From the human T2T-CHM13v2.0 reference genome, Homo sapiens: a DNA stretch of 64,000 nucleotides. This document shows positions 14,287 through 27,959 of the stretch, in pieces. The notes under the pieces were generated by a model that was not told the origin of the DNA, did no database searches, and was given only the letters and a program-made list of their open reading frames with translations. The stretch is from assembly GCF_009914755.1 (NCBI RefSeq), contig NC_060930.1; one strand, 5' to 3'. The stretch's first letter is position 1. Every line of letters begins with the position of its first letter. The position numbers and the translations under genes were made by a program.

Positions 14287-16500
14287 CACTGCCCGATTGC
14301 CTCAGAAGCATACAGGAGCATCACAGACGCTCTAGGTAACTCTCACAGTGGAGGGTAAGTCTGTCCCCTTCTTAATCAATGTGGAGGCTACTCACTCCAC
14401 ATTACCTTATTTTCAAGGGCCTGTTTCCCTTGCTTCCCTGTTGTGCATATTGACGGCCAGGCTTCTAAACCTCTTAAAACTCCCCAACTCTGGTGCCAAT
14501 TTAGACAATACTCTTTTAAGCACTTCTTTTTAGTTATCCCCACCTGCCCAGTTCCCTTATTAGGCCGAGACACTTTAACTAAATTATCTGCTTCCCTGAC
14601 TATTCCTGGGCTACAGCCACACCTCATTGCTGCCTTTTCCCCCGTTCAAAGCCTCCTTCACATCCTCCCCTTGTATCTCCCCACCTTAACCCACAAGTAT
14701 AAGATACCTCTACTCCCTCCTTAGTGACCAATCATGTACCCCATACCATCCCATTAAAACCTAATCACCCTTACCCCACTCAATGCCAATATCCCATCCC
14801 ACAGCATGCTTTGAAAGGATTAAAGCCTGTTATCACTCGCCTGTTACAGCATGGCCTATAAACTCTTCTTACCATTCCCCCATTTTACCTGTTCTAAAAC
14901 CAGACAAGGCTTACAGGTTAGTTCAGAATCTGCGCCTTATCAACCAAATTGTTTTGCCTATCCACCCCGTGGTGCCAAACCCATATACTCTCCTAACCTC
15001 AGTACCTCCCTCTACAACCCATTATTCTGTTCTGGATCTCAAACATGCCTTCTTTACTATTCCTTTGCACCCTTCATCCCAGCCTCTCTTTGCTTTCACT
15101 TGGACTGACCCTGACACCCATTAGGCTCAGCAAATTACCTAGGCTGTACTGCCGCAAGGCTTCACAGACAGCCCCCATTACTTCAGTCAAGCCCAAATTT
15201 CATCCTCATCTGTTACCTATCTCGGCATAATTCTCATAAAAACACACGTGCTCTCCCTGCTGATCGTGTCCGATTAATCTCCCAAACCTCAGTCCCTTAC
15301 AAAACAACAACTCCTTTCCTTCCTAGGCATCGTTAGTGCAGTCAGAATTCTTACACAAGAGCCAGGATCGCACCCTGTAGCCTTTCTGTCCAAACAACTT
15401 GTCCTTACTGTTTTAGCCTAGCTATCATATCTCTGTGCAGCAGCTGCTGCCGCCCTAATACTTTTAGAGGCCCTCAAAATCACAAACTATGCTCAACTCA
15501 CTCTCTACATTTCTCATAACTGCCAAAATCTGTTTTCTTCCTCGCACCTGACGCATATACTTTCTGCTCCCCGGCTCCTTCAGCTGTACTCACTCTTTGT
15601 TAAGTCCCACAATTACCATTGTTCCTGGCCTGGACTTCAATCCGGCCTCCCACATTATCCCTGATACCACACCTGACTCCCATGACTGTATCTCTCTGAT
15701 CCACCTGACACTCACCCCATTTCCCCATATTTCCTTCTTTCCCGTTCCTCACCCTGATCACGCTTGATTTATTGATGGCGGTTCCACCAGGCCTAATCGC
15801 CACACACCAGCAAAGGCAGGCTATGCTATAGTACAAGCCACTAGCCCGTCTCTTAGAACCTCTCATTTCCTTTCCATCATGGAAATCTATCCTCAAGGAA
15901 ATAACTTCTCAGTGTTCCATCTGCTATTCTACTACTCCTCAGGGATTATTCAGGCCCCCTCCCTTCCCTACACATCAAGCTCAAGGATTTGCCCCCACCC
16001 AGGACTGGCAAATTAGCTTTACTCAACATGCCCCGAGTCAGATAACTAAAATACCTCTTAGTCTAGGTAGACACTTTCACTAGATAGGTAGAGGCCTTTC
16101 CTACAGGGTCTGAGAAGGCCACCGCAGTCATTTCTTCCCTTCTGTCAGACATAATTCCTCAGTTTAGCCTTCCCACCTCTATACAGTCTGATAACAGACC
16201 AGCCTTTATTAGTCAAATCAGCCAAGCAGTTTTTCAGGCTCTTAGTATTCAGTGAAACCTTTATATCCCTTACGGTCCTCCGTCTTCAGGAAAAGTAGAA
16301 CGGACTAAAGGTCTTTTAAAAACACACCTCACCAAGCTCAGCCACCAACTTAAAAAGGCCTGGACAATACTTTTACCACTTTCCCTTCTCAGAATTCAGG
16401 CCTGTCCTCGGAATGCTACAAGGTACGGCCCATTTGAGCTCCTATATAGATGCTCCTTTTTATTAGGCCCCAGTCTCATTCCAGACACCAGACCAACTTA
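14287..16500 (+). pseudogene. pol: HERV-H pro-pol remnant (protease, RT, RNase H, integrase), disrupted and deleted
   Basis: FLINVEATHSTLP (dead protease motif); YRLVQNLRLIN...VLDLKHAFFTIPLHP...LPQGFTDSP (RT); *FIDGGS (RNase H); LV*VDTFTR*VEAFP (integrase). Confidence 0.9.
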
Positions 16501-17088
16501 GACTGTGCCCCAAAAAACTTGTCATCCCTACTATCTTCTGTCTAGTCATACTCCTATTCACCGTTCTCAACTACTCATACATGCCCTGCTCTTGTTTACA
16601 CTGCGGGTTTACACTGTTTCTCCAAGCCATCACAGCTGATATCTCCTGGTGCTATCCCCAAACTGCCACTCTTAACTCTTGAAGTAAATAAATAATCTTT
16701 GCTGGCAGGACTATGCTGAATCTCCTTAGGCACTCTCTAATTAGATGTCCTAGGTCATCCCAATTCTTAGACCTTTTATATCTGTTTTTCTCCTTCTCTT
16801 ATTCCATTTAGTTTTTCAATTCATATAAAACCGTATCCAGGCCATCACCAATAATTCTACATGACAAATGTTTCTTCTAACAACCCCACAATATCACCCC
16901 TTACCACAAAATCTTCCTTCAGCTTAATCTCTCCCACTCTAGGTTCCCATGCCGCCCCTAATCCCGCTGGAAGCAGCCCTGAGAAACATCGCCCATTATC
17001 TCTCCATACCACGCCAAAAAATTTTCACCGTCCCAACACATTACCACTATTTCATTGTATTTTTCTTATTAATATAAGAAGACAGGAA

Positions 17089-17449
17089 TGTCAGGCCTCT
17101 GAGCCCAAGCTAAGCCATCGTATCCCCTGTGACCTGCATGTACACATCCAGATGGCTGGTTCCTGCCTTAACTGATGACATTGTCTTGTGAATTTCCTTC
17201 TCCTGGCTCACCCCGGCTCAAAAGCTCCCCTACTGAGCACCTTTTGACCCCACTCTGCCCGACAGAGAACAACCCCCCTTTGACTGTAATTTTCCTTTAT
17301 CTACCCAAATCCTATAAAACGGCCCCACCCTTATCTCCCTTCACTGACTCTCTTTTTGGACTCAGCCCGCCTGCACCCAGGTGAAATAAACAGCCATGTT
17401 CCTCACACAAAGCCTGTTTGGTGGTCTCTTCACATGGACGTGCATGAAA
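17089..17449 (+). promoter_or_regulatory. 3' LTR7 (361 bp; lacks one 51-bp U3 repeat unit)
   Basis: Aligns to the 5' LTR except for a 51-bp gap; TATAAAA 17313-17319; AATAAA 17385-17390. Confidence 0.95.
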
Positions 17450-18619
17450 GCCAGGGCTGGGCAGTGGTGGCCCAACTTGTGGCATCGACTGTTTAGTGGT
17501 GACATCTGCAGTGTCTTCTCCTGACAACTGCAGTGCGATTGTAGCAGTGATTCTCATGCTGGCTCCCTGTCCAGCCACCGATTTATCTACCACTGTGGTC
17601 TCTGGAAATTCACAGACAAGTCTGCAGAATAGATGCATATATACATATTCACATAGCACAAAAGGAAAATCCTAGAACTCAAATATACCATTTCACTTAA
17701 TATAGCTTTTCAATTGTAACTCCCAATTTTACTGTACTCTACAGGTTAGATAACTTGTACCCTACACTTTTCCACTTTCAGGTTCCTGATATTCCTGCTC
17801 CTCTTGCCTGGGATAAAATCTCCTTTTCTCTCCAGTGACTTCTGCTTTTCAAAAATTTACCCTCCTTTGACAAATGAGCCAAAGGCGCTGGTTGCCTCTG
17901 AGTCCTTGGACCCTAAAAGGACTGCACAGGTGGGTCAGAAGAGAAACTAATTTGTGTTTTTGATGAGTGGCAGCTCCCTGCTGAGTCCTAGGTAGCAGAG
18001 CACTGACCATCTCCCCAGAGAGCAAGGCGGGCTGGCTCATGGCTTAAACTGAGTGAACTTCCTTCCTTCCTTTCTAGCAATCAAAGGGAGAGGGCACCTT
18101 GCCAGCCAAGAGTGTGAATCTCCTCCTAGGTACTTCCCTACCACTTTTCTCTTTCTCCTCGTGGGGATTCTCTCTCCCAAGTGCCACCCTAAATAAGAAC
18201 CTTGTACTTCATCGGCTGATACACCAGCCCCGCTGGAATGGGAAAAGGAGTTAGCTTTTTTCCCCCAGTATATTTGTTACTGCTGTTTCTTTTGCTACAC
18301 ATCAAAAAGGGCCCTAATTAGATGGGGCTCCAGAGCCCATTTTTACTAGCCAGACCTCTTGCTGTGTTCCTCAACCTCCCATTTAAATTCCAGGCCCTCC
18401 TCAGTGTATTTTCTGACCCCTCTCCTGCTCATTTCTCATCCCCTACTGCATGCAATCTCTTCTTTTCTTTTTAATTCCACATCCATTAGTGTTTCTCTTA
18501 AAGTAATTGCATTTAAAATTAGGTGTAACAATTACAAATGATGTGTACTCCTTTTATAGTAATCCCATTCTTTACCCCTTCCTATACTTTAATTTACCAA
18601 AGGAAACTAAGAACCAGAC

Positions 18620-20300
<1,681 letters not shown>

Positions 20301-21126
20301 AAGAAGCCACGTGAAGTCAATTCTTTTGAGAAGCTTAGTTGGTGAGGGATGGAGGGCAAATGGATGGTGGAAGATGATTGGGAATTCATACGAATCAGCT
20401 CTGCAAAGTTTAAACTGCCATGTGTGCAAATCACCCGTAGCAGCACCTGATCACAACGTTCAGAGCCATCCATTAACCCTAGACCTCTGGCCATCACTCA
20501 GATAATGGGACATGGCCCGTAGCAGGTGCTCTTAAGATGGATCAAACTGGCGAATAGATGTGGATGGTTAGGCAACTGTCTAGTAAAGATGATTAAAATA
20601 GATAGACAAGCCATGTGTGCATTTGCAGTTTTTTCCAGTCAGCATTGCTGTCAAGCTGAATTATTAGGCCTTGGTTCTCTGCTAAGGCATTTCCCACAGA
20701 CACACTTTGCCATGAAAACCAGGCAAAGAGGCAATTAAAGAAAAGACCAGCCATATAAAAAGGCTTTTTGAGTCATATCCTAGCCTGTGCCATTTCTGCT
20801 GCCTTCTCATGTCCTCAGACTAACTTTGCCCTGTCCTGGCCTCACATTGCTGTCATTGTCTCCATGGTCCTGTTTTGAGACATATTTACAGGTGCTCTCA
20901 CACCAACTGATGTCCAATAGTAAAAGTCATTTTCTCTGTTTTCTTCCAGCTTTGTCTGATAAGCGTTTATAATGAACATTGAGATCTCTTTCAATATTGA
21001 AAAAGACAGATTGAATTTTAGATGTTAGCCTGAAGAAACCAGTCCTAGGGGACTGATAGTTTTTTGTTTTTCATTGCCAGATTTGAAATACTTTTGGGTC
21101 ACTAGGACTATATTTCATTGACCTTG

Positions 21127-21500
21127 CAATATGGTTTGGCTGTGTCCCCAGCCAAATCTCACCTTGAATTTTAACTCCCACAATTCCCATGTGCCATGGG
21201 AGAAAACTGGTGGGAGGTGATTGAATCATGGTGGGGGGGGTCATTCCCATGCTGTTCTCATGATAGTGAATAAGTCTCACGAGATCTGATGGTTTTAAAA
21301 ACGGGAGTTTCCCTGCACACGCTCTCTTTTCTTGCCTGCTGCCATCCGCATAAGATGTGACTTGCTCCTCCTCGCCTTCCACCACAATCGTGAGGCTTCC
21401 CCAGCCACATGGAAGTGTAAGTCCAATTAAACCTCTTTCTTTTGTAAATTGCCCAGTCTCAGGTATGTCTTCATTAGCAGCATGAAAACAGACTAATATA
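21127..21500 (+). mobile_element. THE1 (THE1C/D-like) solo LTR
   Basis: atatggtttggctgtgtcccc...caattaaacctctttc...gactaatata; near-TSD CCTTG/CTTTG. Confidence 0.92.
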
Positions 21501-21544
21501 CTTTGAAATGCAGGACTTTAAAGCCCCGAAAACAAGGCTGAGAT

Positions 21545-21950
21545 TCTTTATTTCTTTCCTCCTTTTCCTTCCTTCCTCCCTCCCTCCATCCCTCCCTCCC
21601 TCCGTCCCTTCCTCCCTCCCTCCCTCCCTCCCTCCCTTCCTTCCTTCCTTCCTTCCTTCCTTCCTTGATACAGGGTCTCACTCTGTCACTCATGCTGGAG
21701 TGCAGTGGCATAATCATGGCTCACTGCAGCCTTAATATCCTGGACTCAAGTGGTTCTCCCTCCTCAACCTCCTGAGTAGCTAGGACTATAGTGTGTACCA
21801 TGGCTATATTTTATTTTTTATTTTTTGTAGAGATGAGGTCTCACTATGTTGCCCAGGCTGGTCCTGGTCTTGAACTCCTAGCCTCAAGTGATCCTCCTAC
21901 TTCAACCTCACTTTTGCTGGGATTACAGGTATGAGCCTCTGTACTCAGCC
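21545..21950 (-). mobile_element. AluJ with tail converted to a (CCTT/CCCT)n microsatellite
   Basis: Pyrimidine microsatellite 21567-21666 leads into acagggtctcactctgtc...gtggcataatcatggctcactgcagcc. Confidence 0.9.
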
Positions 21951-23188
21951 TAGTTTGACAGCCTACATGAAGATCTAGGTGGGATTAAAAGTCCACTCTG
22001 ACTTAAGCAGAACAGTTTCTTCTCTCTCACTACTCTGAATGCTGGGCTGCCTGGATGTGAATTCTGGGGACTCCATTATACTGTCTATCATAGACCCTGC
22101 TTGTTTGCTCCCTGGAGGCTGGAAATGAACCAGTATGAGGCACAATGGGAGGGGGAAGGCTGTTCTCTACTGGAAGCCTGGACAGTTTCTCAAAGTCCTT
22201 AGCTTCCATCTCTAAAGTTACCTTCTCCATGCTCAGCACACCCTCTTATTTCAGGAATTCAGTCTCCACATCTCCATTTGGTTTGTAGGCTCACCCTTCT
22301 CATCTGTCAGGAATTGACAGGGATTCATTGACTTCTCAGTAGCCTACACCCCATCACTGCAGAGATCTCAGACTGGGCAAGTGGTAACCTTGGATGGCCA
22401 TGATGTGTTACCTGATTAAGAAATACTGAAAATGTTGCCTATAAAACTAACAGACCTTGTACACCAAGAGAGGATGCTTTGAAATTTGTTGATGTCTTTT
22501 TTCCTTCACTTGGCTCAGGTCCTTGCGTGTTTAAGAAGAAATGCCAATCCCTCTGGTTTTCTTTGCTGGAGCAGCAAAGAGCAGCAAGGTGCCCAGCAGG
22601 AGCTCCTGGCACAACAAGCTCATGCTGTGGAGAGACTCCTCACCAGGCGATCAGCAGAGCCAATCCTGCCACCAACAGATGTGTTGAATGCAGAGACTAA
22701 ACTGTGATTGTTTTCCTCCAACACACAAACACCCATTACACACCAAACCCCAGCTGTCTTCCAACAACCGGCAGCCCAGGTTGAGTTGCTATGTGTACAC
22801 AGTTAGTTTCAACCCACCATACCAGCAGTCACAGATTCCTGGGCCCCAGAGTCCAGTTTAGGAAAGGGGGACAGTTCTGCTCAACAGTGAATTCTGGTAT
22901 ACCTCCGAGGGACCAGAACTGGCTTAAGAAAGGCTAGAAACACACTGTTGAAAAGAAAGTCCAATAAGGAAATTCTAATGGAATATAATTCTATACACAT
23001 TTAAGAGGATGAGTATAATTTTTTATTCCTTTGCAAAATTGGAAATGCAGCCCTACTTTGAAGACCATTTTCCTTACCTGGCATACAAGCATTAGAGGGC
23101 AGGAGGAATATGCTAAAGAGTGAGGGTCTGGCATAATGAGGCCTTCATGTGAGTATCCATTGAGGAAGCAATGCAGCCACCATAGTCA

Positions 23189-23535
<347 letters not shown>

Positions 23536-23834
23536 AAAAATGCACCCAGAAATGGAGTGAAAACATGAGAGTGAAAACCGACCAGACAGTAGTCAAGTGA
23601 CAAATACAACTTCCACAGACAAGCCAATAAGGATGGCTTTAATGGAACACCAGCGAAGGAGAGAATAAAAACTGGGATTGGGAAGGGACTGGAGATGAGA
23701 AGAAGAAAGGGACAGCCAGCTGGGATGAAAACAAGGACAGGAAGAGGGAGCAAAAGACAAGAAAGTTGTGCGTGGAAGGGCAGGCATGGAGAAAGTGCAA
23801 GAGTTGGAAGGAAACAGTCAGTTTCGGTTCTGCT

Positions 23835-23945
23835 GGCCTGTAATCCCAGCTATTTGGGAGGCTGAGGCAGGGGATTGGATCGCTTGAGCCCAGGAGTTTA
23901 AGAATAGCTTGGGCAACATTGTGAGAGCCAGTCTCCATAAAAAGG
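23835..23945 (+). mobile_element. FLAM-like Alu monomer fragment
   Basis: gcctgtaatcccagcta...gcttgagcccaggagttt...ggcaacat..gtctcc plus A tail. Confidence 0.75.
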
Positions 23946-24339
23946 AGTTGGAAAGAAACACATGAGACACATGATAGTCAAATGACATAAACCTGGTTAA
24001 TAAATAAATGATGGATAATCGTTAACTCATTGTAATACTATGTTTTAAAAAAAATTTAAAGGCAGAGATTACTGGCAGAAAAAAAGGTAAATTCCAATCA
24101 CTGAAAGTGATCAGATAAAAGTCAGTAATGGTAAATATACTACTATCTTATCTTGCTCAAAACTCTTGTTCCCCAAATGTCAACCAGCTCCTCAAGTAAA
24201 CTGCCACTGCTTTATTTCTATTAGTCATGAGTTTAAGACTTGAACAGATTTAATTCTATGTCATAAGAAGCAACTAGGCCATTATATAACAGAGGTGATT
24301 TATGTTATTTTCTCCTCCACAGCTTCTGGGCACAGAATG

Positions 24340-24530
24340 TTTTTCTTTTCTTTTCTTTTCTTTTTTTGAGAGAGGGTCTCCTCTGTTACCCAAGCTAGAG
24401 TGCAGTGACACATCACAGCTGACTGCAGCCTCAACTTACCAGGCTCTGGCAATCTTCCTGCTTCGGCCTCCCAAGTTGCTAGGACTACAGGAGTGCACGG
24501 TCATGTCCAGCTAATTTCTTTATTTATTCA

Positions 24531-24594
<64 letters not shown>

Positions 24595-24711
24595 TAGAAA
24601 TGGTGTCTTGCTCTGTTGTCCAGGCTGGTCTCAACTTCTGGCTTCAAGTGATCCTCCCACCTCATCCTCCCAAAGTGCTGGGATGACAGGCGTGAGGCAC
24701 CACATCCAGAC
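24340..24711 (-). mobile_element. AluJ with middle linker expanded to (TA)n(T)n
   Basis: Both arms in antisense, separated by (TA)n and a long T run at about 24535-24593. Confidence 0.88.
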
Positions 24712-25230
24712 TGAGATTTTTTGAGTTAGGCTGATTTGCCTAACTCAACCTAGATGTGGCGTGCGGGTGACACCATCCCACAGGACCCCAGCTCCACCTG
24801 CTTATTGCACTTCTTTCAACCCTGTCTTGTCCTGGGTTCCAGAGGGCAAGAGTAAGAGGGAGAAAGCAGGGAAACAGGAGGAAATGCTTCCATATTACCC
24901 ATCGCAACTTCAATGCATGTTGCTAGAGGCAGTTTTGGAACCCAGGATGTCAACTGGGAAAATATTGTGGTATTCCAGGATGGAACAGAGACAAAGTGAC
25001 AAATTTGGAAACTACTTAGAAGGTAAGGATAAGAATTAATTGGGTTAGGATGAGAAAGAAAAAGCAAGCGATGTATGGCTTGCGTAAATGGATGCATACG
25101 GTGCTTGTTACTGACATAGGGGAAAAAAGAGAAGGAGATTTTGGGGTGAGATGATTAATTCAGTTCTGAATATGTCGAGTTTGAGGGGCCTAAAAGAAGT
25201 CCAAATAAGACAATCCCATAGGCAATTGTG

Positions 25231-25231
<1 letters not shown>

Positions 25232-25277
<46 letters not shown>

Positions 25278-25440
25278 GATACATACATACAATACATAAA
25301 TATGTATATATATGCACATGTATACAGATATATATACACAGAGTATATATATCTGTGTGTATATGTGTATATATATGTGTATATACATATACATACACAC
25401 ACACATATATATACATGTACACATATATGTGTATATATCT
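25232..25440. repeat. (CA)n and TA/CA/TG low-complexity microsatellite within L2 remnants
   Basis: Directly visible. Confidence 0.95.
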
Positions 25441-26553
25441 GAGGCTCAGAAGGCAGAACGATCGGTATTTACAAGTCATCCCTGTAAATACAGGTTTTTG
25501 GAGTTATCACAATCTAGGTGGCAATGAAATCTGTGGATTATATCCAAACTCCCAGAGAGACCACAGAGAAATTGCAGAGTTAGAAAAACAAAAGGGCTAC
25601 AGGGAACCCCAACATTTAGGAGACTGGCAGAAGGAAGAACCTGGAAAGAAAACTGAAAGGGGGTGGTAAGAGAAGAAGAAGAAAGACTAGGAGAAATTGC
25701 TGAAATAAAAATTAAGGTAATAGAATGTTTCAAGAATGCCTAGCAGACAGTGGCAGGGCACACAGTGGAACAGTATTTGGATCTTCCCAAATTTCCCACA
25801 TAAAGGGAGAGAGAGAAATGAAATCGCAAAACAAAACGTATAGAGAATGAGATTCAATCACAAGATACCCTGAAGACCCCCCAAAACCCAATGGGGGTGA
25901 CAACAAGCCATCAACGGTCACAAACGCCACATGGTTTCAGCTTCTGTGTGGGAGAAGGCAGATGGGAGCAACAAGGTCCTTGACACACCTGAGAACAGAA
26001 CCCCAATTTAGCCCAAGGAATTCACTGGAAGGTACTGTGGGGCAATTGGAGAACAGCAGCTGAAACTAACAGGGGTTTCCTCACTCTAATGCTCTTCATT
26101 TCTAAAAGAGTGAAGCCCACAGTAGGAAGGTCTCAAGAGGCTGGAGTGGCTTAACCCATCTGAACTCCTGAAGCTGAAGCTTCAGAGCTCCTCATAGGAA
26201 AGGCCTCCACACTGGACAAATGAAATCAAAATTGAGCATAGGAAAGAAAGGTATAGCTCAAATTAGGAGAAAGGAATAGAGACAAGAAATATTTTAAATC
26301 ATGCCACCAAAAATGTTTAACATTGTATGAGAATAACCAAAGGTGCTTTATAACATTAGAAAAGTTACCAGAACAATGACTCTTTCTAAAAGTTCAGAAA
26401 AAGTAAATTTTTCACAAAAATGAGCAACAGAGAATTATCAAGTTCAAATTTCTTACAATGTTTCTATAAGACAAAAGAGAATAATAAGCAGAGTAGTATC
26501 CTGTAGAGAGTAAAAACATGCCAAAAGATATGTTCCAAAAATAAATCAAAAAG

Positions 26554-26850
26554 GGCCAGGCGCGGTGGCTCACGTCTGCAATCCCACCACTTTGGGAGCC
26601 GAGGAGGGTGGATCACTTGAGGTCAGGAGTTCAAGACCAGCCTGGCCAACATGGTGAAACCCCATCTCTACTAAAAATACAAAAATTAGCCAGGCACGGT
26701 GACACATGCTTGTATTCCCACCTACTTAGGAGACTGAAGTGGGAGGATCACTTGAATCTGGGAGGCAGAGGCTACAGTGAGAGGAGATCATGCACTTGCA
26801 CTCCAGCCTGGGCAACAGAGTGAGCCTTCATCTCAAAATGATTAAAAAGT
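26554..26850 (+). mobile_element. AluS/J, full length
   Basis: GGCCAGGCGCGGTGGCTCAC...gggcaacagagtgagc. Confidence 0.92.
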
Positions 26851-26869
26851 AAATAAATGAAAATGATTA

Positions 26870-27800
26870 CATACGTGAAACGACCTAAAAGACATTAAGA
26901 AAATGACACAAGACACAAAAGATCAACATATATCAGAATTAGAAAAACTTACATGGGATAATAGAACTCAAGAAGAGTTAGAAACAAAAGAAGAAAGTCA
27001 TTTTAGAAATGAGGACCAAACCAGAAGGAACACAAGAGGAATAACACACCAAATAATCCCTTAATAGAATAAAAAATTCAAATATTTTTTACATTCAAAA
27101 GGAAACAAAGACATTCAAAAGGGACTCAGGAGAAAGTGACAAATGTTGGAGATATGCAAAGATGATCCAACAAACAGACAGTTCCAAAGAAGAGTAATAA
27201 AACCAAAAGCAAAAAAGCCAAACAAATACTCAAAACTACAATTTCAGAGGATGGTTCTAACATTTTTTTAGAAAGATTTGAGGTTACGTATTAAAAGAGC
27301 ACAAATCCACCTGAGGATATTAACCCAAAACAACCAATATTAAGAGGTAATCTAGTAAAATTGTTGAAATTTAAAGGAATTTATAAAAGAAATGAAATCA
27401 AGTTATCATAAGATTTGTTGGCAGCAATGCATTTTACCAGATAAATAAGGAATAAAATACTTTAGATTTTCAGATAAAATGACTGTGAACGAGAGATTTT
27501 ATATCTAGCAAAACAGACCATCAAGGACAAAGGGCACAGAAAAACTGTGATCACTAGCAAAGGACTAAGGAAACAGTGCTCTTATGATTTCTTCCAAAAT
27601 AATAGAAAGCAAGCTTTGAAGAACAAAGATGACTGCAGAGACATTGACATAAGGACGAGTGAAATATACAGCACGAAATATACAGCAACTTGTAGAACCA
27701 AAATGGAGTTAAAAGAGAGAGGGTGTTTAGTATGTAATAGCAGTATGATTTGAAAATGTAGACATGATACAGTCATTATGGGATGGGGATGGGCAGATTG
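26870..27800 (+). mobile_element. Ancient L1 ORF1-region remnant
   Basis: A-rich and L1-like (gagattttatatctagcaaaac...). Heavily decayed. Confidence 0.45.
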
Positions 27801-27959
27801 GCCTATTAAAACATCTTTAAACTGCTTTGGTGATAATTATAAATTAGACATCCTGGTAATTATAATTATAAATTAGACATCCTGGTAAACATCACTCACT
27901 AATGGTTGTAGCATCAATATTATTACTCTGAGACTATTATATGTGTATACTATGGGATA

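Larger units (their letters stand above)
11603..17449 (+). mobile_element. HERV-H provirus (LTR7-HERVH-LTR7), 5847 bp, internally deleted and non-coding
   Basis: Two LTRs starting TGTCAGG and ending ATGAAA; 5-bp TSD GCCAG at 11598-11602 and 17450-17454; tRNA-His PBS; polypurine tract AAGAAGACAGGAA at 17076-17088; gag/pro/pol remnants. Confidence 0.98.

Noticed and set aside
13594-15230. Retroviral ORFs (zinc knuckle, protease, RT) as functional CDS
   Set aside because: Short fragments with stops, frameshifts, deletions and dead catalytic motifs; no YxDD or env ORF seen.
25108-25669. Tyr/Ile/Cys/Val-rich ORFs
   Set aside because: Translations of CA/TA microsatellite.
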